Source of the DNA: Armatimonadota bacterium
GTDB taxonomy: Bacteria > Armatimonadota > Fimbriimonadia > Fimbriimonadales > GBS-DC
Length of the DNA stretch: 64,000 nucleotides
NCBI GenBank assembly: GCA_023511915.1
Contig: JAIMAN010000004.1
Span: forward strand, 7,881 to 71,880
Reading direction: 5' to 3'
Shown: one piece after another, positions 1-9,168 of the stretch
How the letters are laid out: each line of letters begins with the position of its first letter
Position numbering within the stretch: the stretch's first letter is position 1
Notes under the pieces: model-generated
What the model was told of the DNA's origin: nothing
Databases searched by the model: none
The model's input: the letters and a program-made list of their open reading frames with translations, nothing else
Program-made: the position numbers and the translations under genes

Positions 1-401
1 TTGTTGATGACGGGCACGATCGCGAGATTCTGGTTGTAGGCGAGGTTCGTGTTGGCGATGGTCTGCGCTTCCACCCCTTGCGCGGCGTCCACCACCAGAA
101 TCGCGCCTTCGCACGCGGCGAGGCTGCGCGACACCTCGTAGGTGAAGTCCACATGCCCCGGCGTGTCGATAAGGTTCAGTTGGTAGGTTTTGCCGTCTTT
201 GGCGGTGTACGACAGGCGCACGGCGGTCATCTTGATGGTGATGCCCCGCTCGCGCTCCAAGTCCATCGTGTCCAACACCTGCTCGACAGGCGTCCCGCGC
301 TGAATCGCGCCCGTATACTCCAGCAGGCGATCCGCAAGCGTGGACTTCCCATGGTCAACATGGGCAATGATACAGAAGTTGCGTATCAACGCCTGATTCA
401 T
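1..401 (-). CDS. lepA: Translation elongation factor 4 (LepA), N-terminal part; gene runs off the window start
   Basis: Absent from the ORF track because it is truncated. Reverse-strand translation from ATG (401-399) reads [33 protein letters not shown]...[39 protein letters not shown]. This gives GTPase motifs G1 (AHVDHGKST) and G3 (DTPGH) in the LepA-typical context. Confidence 0.9.
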   Translation of the reverse strand, partial: MNQALIRNFCIIAHVDHGKSTLADRLLEYTGAIQRGTPVEQVLDTMDLERERGITIKMTAVRLSYTAKDGKTYQLNLIDTPGHVDFTYEVSRSLAACEGAILVVDAAQGVEAQTIANTNLAYNQNLAIVPVIN

Positions 402-433
402 AGCGGCGGAATTGTACCTAATGGCAGCTTGTC

Positions 434-2749
434 TTACGACAGATGGCTCTCAACCGTCTGGGCCTCGGCTGCCCGAAGACGCCTCGGAGTCGCCACAAGG
501 TGGGCAAGAAACGGCGCCCAGATTAGGGGAATCCAGCCCAACCACAGAATCCACCAGTTGCGCGTTCGGAAATCCATCTGCACCACCGACTCGCCGGGCG
601 GGACGGGCACAGCGCGGAACGCGCCGTTCGCCTGCAGGATGGGCACAGGCTCGCGGTTCACTGTCGCACGCCAGCCGGGATACCAAGTGTCGGTAATCAG
701 CAGCCACGCGGTCTTCGGGGACGGGTTGATTACGCGCAGGCGCAGCCAGCTGCCGCCGTACTCTTCCCAGATCACCTGCGCGTTGGGCGCCAGCGCACCT
801 GCGCCGTACTCCTGAACAGCCTTCCGCGCCTCTTCGCCCCACACGGGAATGGCGTCGGGGAACGGGTTCGCTTGCAGGCGCGCCCAGACCGACTCCTCGT
901 CGGGCAGCACTTCGATGGGCTGCAGGCGCACGGGCGCAGGGGGCAACTCAACCCAGCCGTCGGGCGTCAGCACGGCGCGCACGCGCAGGTACGCCAACTC
1001 AGGGCGCGCCTGCTTCACGAACAGCATGTTGCCGTTTTCGGGCGGCGCGCTGTCCTGACCGTTCAGCAAGTCCAGAAAGTGTTTCGCGTGGCGGGGCAGC
1101 AGCGAGTCGTAGCCGCCGACTTCGGGCAGGCGATACATCGCGGCGGTGTTCGGCGGCATACGGGCAGGCGGCGGCGCGTAAAGGCTCCACTGCGTGTTCA
1201 GAATCGCGACGCGCTCGCCTGTGTTCAGCAGGGGCAGGTCGGGCAGCGGGGGGAACGCTGCCCGCAGCGGCGCCGTCCACGGGTAGCCCAGCGCGTAGAT
1301 AACCACGGGCGAAAGCGCCAGCAGGCTCAGCCACCCTGCGGGCGTCAGCGCGTTGCGTAGGCGCGGCAGCCCCAGCCACGCCAGCCCGACCGCCAGCGCA
1401 ACCGCCGCCAGCACAAGCGCGCTCGCGCCGATGCCCGCCCACAACGGCGCACGCGACACGCCCGCAGGCAGCGTCGTTAGAGTCAACAGCAGCGCGCCCG
1501 CCAGTACCGCCAGCCACACGCCTAACGCCGTCCGCCACGCGCGCGGCTCCTGCACGCCATACGCTGCCAGCGCTGCTATGCTGAACGCCCACAGGCACAG
1601 CACCCGCGCGGGCGACCCCGTCGCGCTGAAGCCAGGCAAGTAGAAATACAGCAGGCGCGTCAGCGGCGTGCCCAGCGCAAGCAGCAGCGCCAGCAGCCCG
1701 ACGCCCAGCCACAACGCCCCCTGCCCACGCCGACGCACACCCATCAACGCCAGCAGCCACCCGAACGCCCCCACCGACAGCGCGAGTTCCGCGTAATGCA
1801 CTGCGCCCCAGTATCCGCCCGCGCGCGGGTCGCCAAACGCCGTCGGGAAGTACGCCGTAATCAGGTGGAACAGCGGCAGCGCATTGCGCACATACGCCGC
1901 GTAGCCCGCCTCCGTCGGGGGCGACTGGCGGTGGCTGTAGCCCGCCAACTCCAGCGCAGGCAGCGCCTGCACCGACGCGAACACTCCGCCCCACAGATAC
2001 CCCAAGCCGACCGTCAGCCCGTACTGCCAAAGTTTGCCCTGCGCTCGCGTCTCGTAGCCCAGCCACAGCGCGTACAGCAGGCTCAACAGCACGCCGTAGA
2101 ACGCGAACTGCAAGTGCCCCGCCAGCAGCATCAGCCCAAGCGGCAGCCCGAACGCCGCAAATAGCCCCACCCCACGCGCCCGCACCATCTCCAACCCCCA
2201 CAGCAGCCAGCCGAACCAACTCAGCGTCGCGGGCACGGAACTCAGTGGCAGCCACGACACGAAAAACAGGCTCAGCATCCACAGCCCCATCCCGACGAAC
2301 GCGCCGACGCCCACCCCGCGCGCCCGCAGCCACAGTCCCATTCCCAGCCCTGCCCAAAACAGGTGGAAGTACGCCAACACGCCCACTGCCAGCCAAGTGG
2401 GCAGCAGCATCGCCAGAATGTGGGGCAAGTAGTACGGCGCGGATTGACTGTTCGCCAGCAGGGGCGTCCCGCACAGCGCGTAAGGGTTCCAACTCAACAC
2501 GCCCTCGCCCAGCCACGCCCCGCGAATCAGGTCGCGCCACACATAGAACTGCGCCACGCCGTCCCAGACCAGCACATCCCACGGGGGCGGCTGCGGCGCA
2601 CTGGGCAGGCTCCGCCACGGCTCGAAATGGTACAGCAACTTCAGCGGCGCGAAGACCACCTCGCCTTGCAGCCAGCCGCGCACAAACGGCGCGCACGCCA
2701 ACACCGCCGCAACCAGCACCAGATGCTTGACCTTCGGGGCGCGTTGCAC
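434..2749 (-). CDS. YfhO-family polytopic membrane protein (putative glycosyltransferase)
   Basis: 771-aa ORF with many hydrophobic helices followed by a soluble C-terminal domain. The segment [26 protein letters not shown] resembles the YfhO-family signature. GTG start is preceded by TAGACT-N6. Confidence 0.6.
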   Translation of the reverse strand: MQRAPKVKHLVLVAAVLACAPFVRGWLQGEVVFAPLKLLYHFEPWRSLPSAPQPPPWDVLVWDGVAQFYVWRDLIRGAWLGEGVLSWNPYALCGTPLLANSQSAPYYLPHILAMLLPTWLAVGVLAYFHLFWAGLGMGLWLRARGVGVGAFVGMGLWMLSLFFVSWLPLSSVPATLSWFGWLLWGLEMVRARGVGLFAAFGLPLGLMLLAGHLQFAFYGVLLSLLYALWLGYETRAQGKLWQYGLTVGLGYLWGGVFASVQALPALELAGYSHRQSPPTEAGYAAYVRNALPLFHLITAYFPTAFGDPRAGGYWGAVHYAELALSVGAFGWLLALMGVRRRGQGALWLGVGLLALLLALGTPLTRLLYFYLPGFSATGSPARVLCLWAFSIAALAAYGVQEPRAWRTALGVWLAVLAGALLLTLTTLPAGVSRAPLWAGIGASALVLAAVALAVGLAWLGLPRLRNALTPAGWLSLLALSPVVIYALGYPWTAPLRAAFPPLPDLPLLNTGERVAILNTQWSLYAPPPARMPPNTAAMYRLPEVGGYDSLLPRHAKHFLDLLNGQDSAPPENGNMLFVKQARPELAYLRVRAVLTPDGWVELPPAPVRLQPIEVLPDEESVWARLQANPFPDAIPVWGEEARKAVQEYGAGALAPNAQVIWEEYGGSWLRLRVINPSPKTAWLLITDTWYPGWRATVNREPVPILQANGAFRAVPVPPGESVVQMDFRTRNWWILWLGWIPLIWAPFLAHLVATPRRLRAAEAQTVESHLS

Positions 2750-2785
2750 AAAAATAGTCTACCGCATGCCGATAATCCTGCGAGG

Positions 2786-3820
2786 ATGGCAGACGAGGAA
2801 CGCACAGAACAGGCGACGCCGCGCAAGCGGCAAGAGGCGCGCCAGAAGGGGCAGGTTGCCCGCTCCACCGAAATCAACGGCGCGGCGATTTTCCTCGCGC
2901 TGGTGCTGACGCTGCCGCTGGCGATGCGCTGGGGCGGCGAACGGTTCCTCGCCGCGTTCCAGCAGCAGATTCTGCAGGCGGGCGTGGGGCGACTCTCCGA
3001 CGCAATCGGACTCAGCGCGCTGATGGTGCTGGCGCCCCTGATGGCGGCGGCGTTCCTGACCGCGCTGGTCGCCAACGCGATGCAGGTCGGCATCTACTTC
3101 ACGGCGCAGCCGCTGCAGCCCGACCTGAACCGCATCAATCCCGTCAAGGGCTTCCAGCGGCTCTTTTCGCAGCGCTCGGCGGTGGAGTTGCTGAAAGCCG
3201 TCCTCAAGTTCGGGCTGATTACTTGGGTCGCATGGCGCACGCTGCAGGCGGAGACCGAACGGCTGGTCGCCGCGTCGCAGTTGCCGATGCCGCACGCGCT
3301 CGCGCCGATGACCGACGCGCTCTACCAAGTCGGGCTGCGCGTGGGCGCGCTGTGGCTCGTGCTGGCAATCTTGGACTACCTGTACCAGCGGTGGGACTTC
3401 GAGAAGACGATTCGCATGTCGCGCTACGAACTCAAGCAAGAGTTCAAGCAGACGGAGGGCGACCCGTACTTGCGGGTACGCATACGACAGCGGATGCAGG
3501 AAGTGGCGCGCCAGCGTTCGATTCGCGATGTGCGCCGCGCCGATGTGGTGGTCACGAACCCCGTGACCTACGCGGTGGCGTTGCGCTATGACCGCGCAAC
3601 GATGAACGCCCCGCGCGTGGTCGCCAAAGGCAAGGGCTGGCTCGCGCAGCGTATCCGCGAGGAGGCGCTCAAATGGCATGTGCCGATTGTACCAAACCCG
3701 CCACTGGCGCGCAGCCTGTACGCACAGGTGGAGGTCGGGCAGGAAATCCCCAGCGCGCTCTATCAAGCGGTCGCCGAGGTGCTGGCGTATGTGTACCGCC
3801 TGCGGCGCGGCAGGCGGTAG
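2786..3820 (+). CDS. flhB: Flagellar/type III export apparatus switch protein FlhB
   Basis: ATG at 2786 lies inside ORF 2363..3820. N-terminus is MADEERTEQATPRKRQEARQKGQVARS, followed by four TM helices. C-terminal blocks are VVVTNPVTYAVALRYD, APRVVAKGKGWLAQRIREEA and VPIVPNPPLARSLY. The upstream part of the ORF is Arg/Gln-rich junk. Confidence 0.85.
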   Translation: MADEERTEQATPRKRQEARQKGQVARSTEINGAAIFLALVLTLPLAMRWGGERFLAAFQQQILQAGVGRLSDAIGLSALMVLAPLMAAAFLTALVANAMQVGIYFTAQPLQPDLNRINPVKGFQRLFSQRSAVELLKAVLKFGLITWVAWRTLQAETERLVAASQLPMPHALAPMTDALYQVGLRVGALWLVLAILDYLYQRWDFEKTIRMSRYELKQEFKQTEGDPYLRVRIRQRMQEVARQRSIRDVRRADVVVTNPVTYAVALRYDRATMNAPRVVAKGKGWLAQRIREEALKWHVPIVPNPPLARSLYAQVEVGQEIPSALYQAVAEVLAYVYRLRRGRR

Positions 3821-3842
3821 ACGGCGGGGAACCCTCAAACCC

Positions 3843-3872
3843 TTGACAATCGGGCGCGAAATGTGGTACAAT
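3843..3872 (+). promoter_or_regulatory. Sigma70-type promoter for tRNA-Asn (TTGACA-N18-TACAAT)
   Basis: TTGACA at 3843-3848 and TGgTACAAT ending at 3872; the tRNA starts 15 nt downstream. Confidence 0.6.
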
Positions 3873-3886
3873 ACACTCACCGACGC

Positions 3887-3962
3887 TCCTGGGTAGCTCA
3901 ACTGGCAGAGCGGGTGGCTGTTAACCACCAGGTTGCAGGTTCGAGCCCTGCCCCAGGAGCCA
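3887..3962 (+). tRNA. tRNA-Asn (anticodon GTT), CCA encoded
   Basis: Manual cloverleaf: acceptor TCCTGGG/CCCAGGA, D arm GCTC/GAGC, anticodon stem GGTGG/CCACC with loop CTGTTAA, T arm GCAGG-TTCGAGC-CCTGC, discriminator G, then CCA. Total 76 nt. Confidence 0.9.
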
Positions 3963-3972
3963 TACGCATTTT

Positions 3973-4740
3973 ATGGAACCCCTGCGCTTGCAGAAGTGGC
4001 TGGCGCACTGCGGCTACGGCTCCCGACGCGCCTGCGAACAGCTCATTCAGCAGGGGCGCGTGGCGGTGAACGGCGCGCCCGCCGCGCTCGGCATGAAAGT
4101 TGACCCCACGCGCGACGCTATCACAGTGGACGGCAAGCCCGTGCAACCGCCGCAGGGCGCGCCTGTGTACCTGATGCTCCACAAGCCGCGCGGCTATGTC
4201 ACGACCCGCAAAGACCCCCATGCCCCGCGCACCGTGATGGAACTGCTCAAGGACGCGCCTGCGCCCGTGTTCCCCGTCGGCAGGCTGGACGCCGACTCGG
4301 AAGGACTGCTGCTGTTCACCAACGATGGCGCGTTCGCCAACCGCCTGATGCACCCACGCTACAAACTGCCCAAGACCTACCGCGTGTGGGTGGCGGGCGT
4401 CCCCTCCGAGCGTGCGCTTCGGCAACTCCGCGAGGGCGTGCCGCTGGACGACGGCATCACCGCGCCCGCCCAAGTGAAACGCCTGCGCGCCGAACGCGAC
4501 CGAACCCTGCTCGAAATCGTGCTGCACGAAGGGCGCAAACGCCAAATCCGACGCATGTGTCAAGCCGTCGGGCATCCCGTGCAGCGGCTTGTGCGCATCG
4601 CGATTGGCGACCTGCGCCTCCCGCACGACCTCAAGCCTGGGCAGTGGCGCGCGCTCACTGACGCGGAACTCGCGCAGCTTGCCCCCACCAAACGCCTGAA
4701 CCAATGCGGGGCAGGTTCCCACAAGTGCGATGGGGTATAA
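3973..4740 (+). CDS. rRNA pseudouridine synthase, RsuA/RluB family (S4 domain + catalytic domain)
   Basis: N-terminal S4-like LRLQKWLAHCGYGSRRACEQLIQQGRVAVNG, then YLMLHKPRGYVTT and the catalytic motif VGRLDADSEGLLLFTNDG. Confidence 0.85.
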   Translation: MEPLRLQKWLAHCGYGSRRACEQLIQQGRVAVNGAPAALGMKVDPTRDAITVDGKPVQPPQGAPVYLMLHKPRGYVTTRKDPHAPRTVMELLKDAPAPVFPVGRLDADSEGLLLFTNDGAFANRLMHPRYKLPKTYRVWVAGVPSERALRQLREGVPLDDGITAPAQVKRLRAERDRTLLEIVLHEGRKRQIRRMCQAVGHPVQRLVRIAIGDLRLPHDLKPGQWRALTDAELAQLAPTKRLNQCGAGSHKCDGV

Positions 4741-4749
4741 CCTCCCGCG

Positions 4750-6150
4750 ATGCAGACCTACACGATTACCCTCATCCGCGGCGACGGGATCGGTCCCGAA
4801 ATCGCCGAGAGCGTGCTGGAGGTGTTCGCCGCCGCCGAAGCGCCCATCCGCTGGGAAGAGGCAGACGCGGGGCTGGCATGTCTGGAACGGCACGGCACGC
4901 CCATCCCCGAAGCGACGCTGGAGTCCATCCGACGCAATCGCGTCGCGCTCAAGGGTCCCACAACCACGCCCGTCGGCGGCGGGCACAGGAGCATCAATGT
5001 CGCCATCCGCAAGGCGTTCGAACTGTTCGCCAATGTGCGCACCGCCCGCTCCATCCCCGGCGTGCAGACCCGCTACAACGACATCGACCTGATCCTGGTG
5101 CGCGAGAACATCGAGGACACCTATGCGGGCGTAGAATACTGGCAGACGCCCGATGTCGCCGAGTCGCTGCGCCTGATTTCGCGCCCAGGCTCGGCGGCAG
5201 TGATCCGCTACGCCTTCGACTTGGCGCGGCGGCTGGGCAGACGCACGGTCACCTGCGTCCACAAGGCGAACATCCAGAAACTCTCCGACGGGCTGTTTCT
5301 GGAGTGCTTCCGCGCGATTGCCGCCGAGTACCCTGACCTCGAAAGCGACGATATTCTGGTCGACAACGCCTGCATGCAGTTGGTGATGCGCCCCGAGCGG
5401 TTCGATGTGCTGGTGCTGCCGAATTTGTTTGGCGACATCGTGAGCGATTTGTGCGCGGGGCTGATTGGCGGGCTGGGCGTCGCGCCAGGGGGCAACATCG
5501 GCAACGGCTACGCGGTGTTCGAGGCGGTGCATGGCTCCGCGCCCGATATTGCGGGCAAGGGGATTGCCAACCCGACGGCGTTTCTGCTCTCGGCGGTGCA
5601 GATGCTCCATCATCTGGGGCTGCACGGGGACGCGGAGCGCATCGAGCGTGCGCTGCGCTACACGCTGGTGTCGGGCATCCGCACGCGCGATTTGGGCGGC
5701 AACGCGAACACGCGCGAGTTCACCAAAGCGATTATCAGCAACCTGCCCCCGCGCAGCCAAGTGCAGGCGCGCAACGAACCCGTCGGCGAGCCGTACCGCA
5801 CGCCGATGCTGCTCCCGCGCAGCACCGACGCCGACGGCTGGCAGACCGTCGGGGTAGACCTGTTCTTCCACGCGCTTGCCCCGCCGACCGACCTGCCCGC
5901 GCAAATCGGCGCGGCGCGCCTGCAGGCGATTTCGAACCGCGGCGTCGCGCTGGAGCCAAGCCACGCCAGCGACCGCTACCTGCTCAACTGGTTCCGCGCG
6001 CGGTATGTGTCCGACACGCCCCTGAGCGAGGCGGAGGTCGGGGCGATTCTGGAGACGCTCGCCCCGCGCCTGCACTGGACGACCCTGCAACGGCTCTACC
6101 GCACGCGCGACGGGGTAAACCTGTTCAGCCCGATTCAGCAGGAGGAGTAA
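4750..6150 (+). CDS. icd: Isocitrate dehydrogenase (beta-decarboxylating dehydrogenase family) with C-terminal extension
   Basis: Motifs GDGIGPEI, LKGPTTTPVGGGHRSINVAIRKAFELFANVR, LVRENIEDTYAGVEY and NLFGDIVSDL. About 120 extra C-terminal residues, as in Thermus-type IDH. Confidence 0.8.
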   Translation: MQTYTITLIRGDGIGPEIAESVLEVFAAAEAPIRWEEADAGLACLERHGTPIPEATLESIRRNRVALKGPTTTPVGGGHRSINVAIRKAFELFANVRTARSIPGVQTRYNDIDLILVRENIEDTYAGVEYWQTPDVAESLRLISRPGSAAVIRYAFDLARRLGRRTVTCVHKANIQKLSDGLFLECFRAIAAEYPDLESDDILVDNACMQLVMRPERFDVLVLPNLFGDIVSDLCAGLIGGLGVAPGGNIGNGYAVFEAVHGSAPDIAGKGIANPTAFLLSAVQMLHHLGLHGDAERIERALRYTLVSGIRTRDLGGNANTREFTKAIISNLPPRSQVQARNEPVGEPYRTPMLLPRSTDADGWQTVGVDLFFHALAPPTDLPAQIGAARLQAISNRGVALEPSHASDRYLLNWFRARYVSDTPLSEAEVGAILETLAPRLHWTTLQRLYRTRDGVNLFSPIQQEE

Positions 6151-6156
6151 GCGAAA

Positions 6157-6182
6157 CGCCCCGCCGCTTTGTCGGCGGGGCG
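6157..6182. terminator. Bidirectional intrinsic-terminator hairpin between convergent icd and PEP-CTERM genes
   Basis: Perfect 10-bp stem CGCCCCGCCG/CGGCGGGGCG with a 6-nt loop, followed by cggtctttc on the + strand. Confidence 0.7.
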
Positions 6183-6223
6183 CGGTCTTTCGCAGCGTCG
6201 CTCAGAACGAGAAATTCAAGGCA

Positions 6224-6907
6224 TCACTTCTTTGCGCGTCGGCGTAGCAGCAGTCCCGCCAGCCCTGCGCTCAGTGCGAGCATGCTCGCAGGCTCAGGCA
6301 CCCAGTCCTGCTCCACCAGCAACAGCGATGCGGTGGAAGTGCCCGGTGCGGTCGCGCCGTCGATATGCACGATGAAGGTCTCGATGACCTGCACATTCGC
6401 GGAAGGCGCAGCGAGCGGAATGAAGTTGGCGAAGCCGACAATCCCGTTGCCGCCGCCTGAGTAGCCAGCCCCACTGAACACGCCGCTGCCATTGTACAGC
6501 ACCTGGCTGGTGTTGATGTCCACCACCTTCTTCGTCCAGATGATTTGCCCCAGATCAAAGACAAACCCACGCAAGACGAAGTTGAATCCGGTCAGTTGTG
6601 GACCGCCTGTAATCGTGTAGGCAGCGGTGTAGGTGCCGCCTGTAAACGAAGTGCCGTCGCCCGCGATAATCGGGTGCGGGTTGCCCTGAGCCGTCAGGAA
6701 GGTCACCTGTGGCAGGTTGTTCACGACCACTGTCGCTGGCGAGAACAGCGGACCCGATGTGTTGATAATAAACGGCACATTCGTCGGCGTAGACGGCGGG
6801 AAGAACACGCCACTGCTCGTCGTGACGCTGACCGTCCAGCCACTGGCAAATGCTGCTGAGACCGCTGCTATGGACAGCGCGATACCGAAAAGTTTAAGCC
6901 CTTTCAT
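6224..6907 (-). CDS. PEP-CTERM sorting-domain secreted protein
   Basis: Start moved to the ATG at 6907, which has a GGAGG SD. Signal peptide MKGLKLFGIALSIAAVSAAFA. C-terminus VPEPASMLALSAGLAGLLLRRRAKK has the PEP motif, a TM helix and a basic tail. Confidence 0.8.
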   Translation of the reverse strand: MKGLKLFGIALSIAAVSAAFASGWTVSVTTSSGVFFPPSTPTNVPFIINTSGPLFSPATVVVNNLPQVTFLTAQGNPHPIIAGDGTSFTGGTYTAAYTITGGPQLTGFNFVLRGFVFDLGQIIWTKKVVDINTSQVLYNGSGVFSGAGYSGGGNGIVGFANFIPLAAPSANVQVIETFIVHIDGATAPGTSTASLLLVEQDWVPEPASMLALSAGLAGLLLRRRAKK

Positions 6908-7107
6908 CCTGTTGTACCTCCGAGTGAGATTAGATGCCGTGTGTGCCCGCCATGCCATGACAGGCATCGGTTGCTTCGGCATCCACACTTAAAGACTCAA
7001 AAACCCTCGCAAAGCGGACAGGTTCTAAAGCGATTTCTGCAGTTTTTGGGGCAAATTGGCAGATTCTTGCAGGTGTGGGCGTGGTGTATAATTGGGGTGT
7101 ATCCCGC

Positions 7108-7183
7108 GCCCCCGTAGCTCAATGGACAGAGCAGCGGCCTTCTAAGCCGTTGGTTGTGGGTTCGAGTCCCGCCGGGGGCGCCA
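7108..7183 (+). tRNA. tRNA-Arg (anticodon TCT), CCA encoded
   Basis: Manual cloverleaf: acceptor GCCCCCG/CGGGGGC, D arm GCTC/GAGC, anticodon stem GCGGC/GCCGT with loop CTTCTAA, T arm GTGGG-TTCGAGT-CCCGC, discriminator G, then CCA. Total 76 nt. A perfect TATAAT (7087-7092) lies upstream. Confidence 0.9.
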
Positions 7184-7285
7184 GTCGTGGAGCACGCCCA
7201 CCCACACCACTACCGATTGCGGTTTTGTGCGACTGCAGCGGCGAAGAGAGGGCGTGAAGACCAGTGGCCTCGAAGGGCTGTCTGT

Positions 7286-9148
7286 TCACACAACGGGCAT
7301 CCACACGCGCATTGGGCACGGGCGGCGGTGATCCCACGCATAGTAGGGGATGGCGCGGAAGGACATCAGGGCGCGCTCGCGCAACGGGCGGTACAGCGCA
7401 CTGCCCCACGCCTCGTCGCCGTCCAACACCTCCGCCATCCCCTCCAGCGCGACGATGCCGCCCAGCAGTTCGGGTTCCCACACGCTCTGAATCGGCTGGT
7501 CGCGCCGAATTGCCATGCGCTCCAGCGGCGCGGGCTGGTCGCACTCCTCGAGGCAGTAGACGATGGGTCCGCGCTGCAGGGCGACCTGCCAGCGGTCGGC
7601 TGCCACGCGCGGGTGCGCCTCCATCAGCACAGGCGTCATCGGCAGGCGCAGCTCCAGCACATCGTCGGGCGCCCAGTCGCGCTCAACGACGGCGTAGCCG
7701 CTCTCGCGCTGCAGCGGGAGGGGGCTGCCGTTGATGCGCAGTTCGGGCGCGTCGCACCATGCAGGAAGGCGCAGCATCAGGCGCAGGCGTCGCGGCGCGC
7801 CTTCCAGAAGGCGTATCGCCACCGTCTCCTGCCACGGGTAGCCGGTGCGCAGCTCCAGCGTCAGCGGCGCGTCGCCCAGCGTCGTGCGTACGCGGCTGCC
7901 GATGTACAGGTTCACATACAGCGCGTCGTCGCCCTGCGCGTAGATATAGTCGCCCAGCGAGGCAATCAGCCGTGCGATGTTCGGCGGGCAACAGGCGCAG
8001 CCGTACCACGCCTTGCGGTGGTGCGTCCCGTCGCTCTCCAGCGGGTTCACATAGAAAAAGCGTTTGCCGTCCAGCGAGACGCCCGCCAGTGCGCCGTTAT
8101 ACAGCGCGCGCTCCAGCGCGTCGTAAAACCGCGCCTCGCCCAGCAGCAGCCCCAGCCGATGCGCCCAGAACATCAGCGCAATCGACGCGCAGGTCTCCTG
8201 ATACGCCGTGCGGTTGGGCAGCTCGTAGTCGGCGGTGAAGCCCTCGTGCTTCGGCTCGTTGCCGATGCCGCCCGTGATGTAGGCGCGCCGCTGGGTCGTG
8301 TTGTCCCACACGCGCAGCAGCATCTGCACCAGTTGCTCGCGCAGGGCGGGGTCGTCGGTCTCGGCGGCGAGGTCGGTCGCGCCCGCAAACAGGTACGCCG
8401 CGCGCACCGCGTGCCCCACAATCTCCCGATGTTCCAGCAACGGCAGGTTGTCCTGCCAAATCGAGCCGTCGTACTCCTCCAGCGGAATGTTGTGCTCCTG
8501 CGCGAAAATCTTTTTGCCGCGACTGAGCAGGAAAAACTCGGCAAGTCGCTTGTAGCGCGGTTCGCCTGTTGCGCGGTACAGCCGAAACAGCGCGAGTTCG
8601 ATTTCGGGATGCCCGCAGTAGCCCAGTCGCTTATCGGGCGCGTCGCCGAAGACCGAGGCGATGTAGTCGGCGAAGCGTCGGGCGACCGCCAGCAGTCGCT
8701 CGCTGCCTGTGGCGTAATAGTGGGCGACTGCTGCCTCGATGAGATGCCCCGCGCAGTAGAGTTCGTGCCAGTCGCGCAGGTTGCTCCAGCGTTTGTCGGG
8801 CGCGACCACTTGGAAGTAGCTGTTGAGGTAGCCGTCGGGCTGCTGCGCCCGCTCCAGGATGTCAATCACCTCGTCCACGATGGCGCGGATGGGGTCGTCG
8901 GGGTGCTGCTGTAGCACATACGCCGCCGCCTCCAACGCCTTGTAGAGGTCGGAGTCCATGTAGACGGGTCCCTGATAGCCCTCGCGTTTGCCTTCGGCGG
9001 CGAGGCGCAGGTTCGGGATGTTGCCCGCGCGTTCCAGCTCGGCGAACAGGTGGGGCAAGGTCGCCGTGCGGTTGGTCTGCTGGCGCGGCGTCCAGAAGGC
9101 GTCGTCAATCGCCACTTGCGCGAACGAGATCGGGCGTAGCCGTTTCAT
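7286..9148 (-). CDS. Glycoside hydrolase family 127 (beta-L-arabinofuranosidase-like, DUF1680)
   Basis: Start moved to the ATG at 9148. N-terminus MKRLRPISFAQVAIDDAFWTPRQQTNRTATLPHLFAELERAGNIPNLRLAA, then YMDSDLYKALEAAAYVL, QQPDGYLNSYF and the Cys-rich WYGCACCPPNIARL. No signal peptide. Confidence 0.75.
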   Translation of the reverse strand: MKRLRPISFAQVAIDDAFWTPRQQTNRTATLPHLFAELERAGNIPNLRLAAEGKREGYQGPVYMDSDLYKALEAAAYVLQQHPDDPIRAIVDEVIDILERAQQPDGYLNSYFQVVAPDKRWSNLRDWHELYCAGHLIEAAVAHYYATGSERLLAVARRFADYIASVFGDAPDKRLGYCGHPEIELALFRLYRATGEPRYKRLAEFFLLSRGKKIFAQEHNIPLEEYDGSIWQDNLPLLEHREIVGHAVRAAYLFAGATDLAAETDDPALREQLVQMLLRVWDNTTQRRAYITGGIGNEPKHEGFTADYELPNRTAYQETCASIALMFWAHRLGLLLGEARFYDALERALYNGALAGVSLDGKRFFYVNPLESDGTHHRKAWYGCACCPPNIARLIASLGDYIYAQGDDALYVNLYIGSRVRTTLGDAPLTLELRTGYPWQETVAIRLLEGAPRRLRLMLRLPAWCDAPELRINGSPLPLQRESGYAVVERDWAPDDVLELRLPMTPVLMEAHPRVAADRWQVALQRGPIVYCLEECDQPAPLERMAIRRDQPIQSVWEPELLGGIVALEGMAEVLDGDEAWGSALYRPLRERALMSFRAIPYYAWDHRRPCPMRVWMPVV

Positions 9149-9168
9149 CGCCCCGCATGATACCCCGC

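Noticed and set aside
999-2696. Very long alternative-frame or antisense ORFs in the track. Examples: 999..2696 -, 3898..6090 -, 7154..8914 +, 32648..34930 +, 35631..37190 +, 41180..42931 -, 45471..47150 +, 58539..59924 -.
   Set aside because: They are Arg/Ala/Gly/Pro/His-rich with no recognisable motifs. Each lies over a gene with clear family signatures on the other frame or strand. This is the expected stop-codon-poor artefact of high-GC DNA.
7184-7285. tRNA-Arg and tRNA-Asn flanks as possible integration sites of mobile elements.
   Set aside because: No integrase, no direct repeat of the tRNA 3' end, and no phage or IS genes in the neighbouring kilobases.
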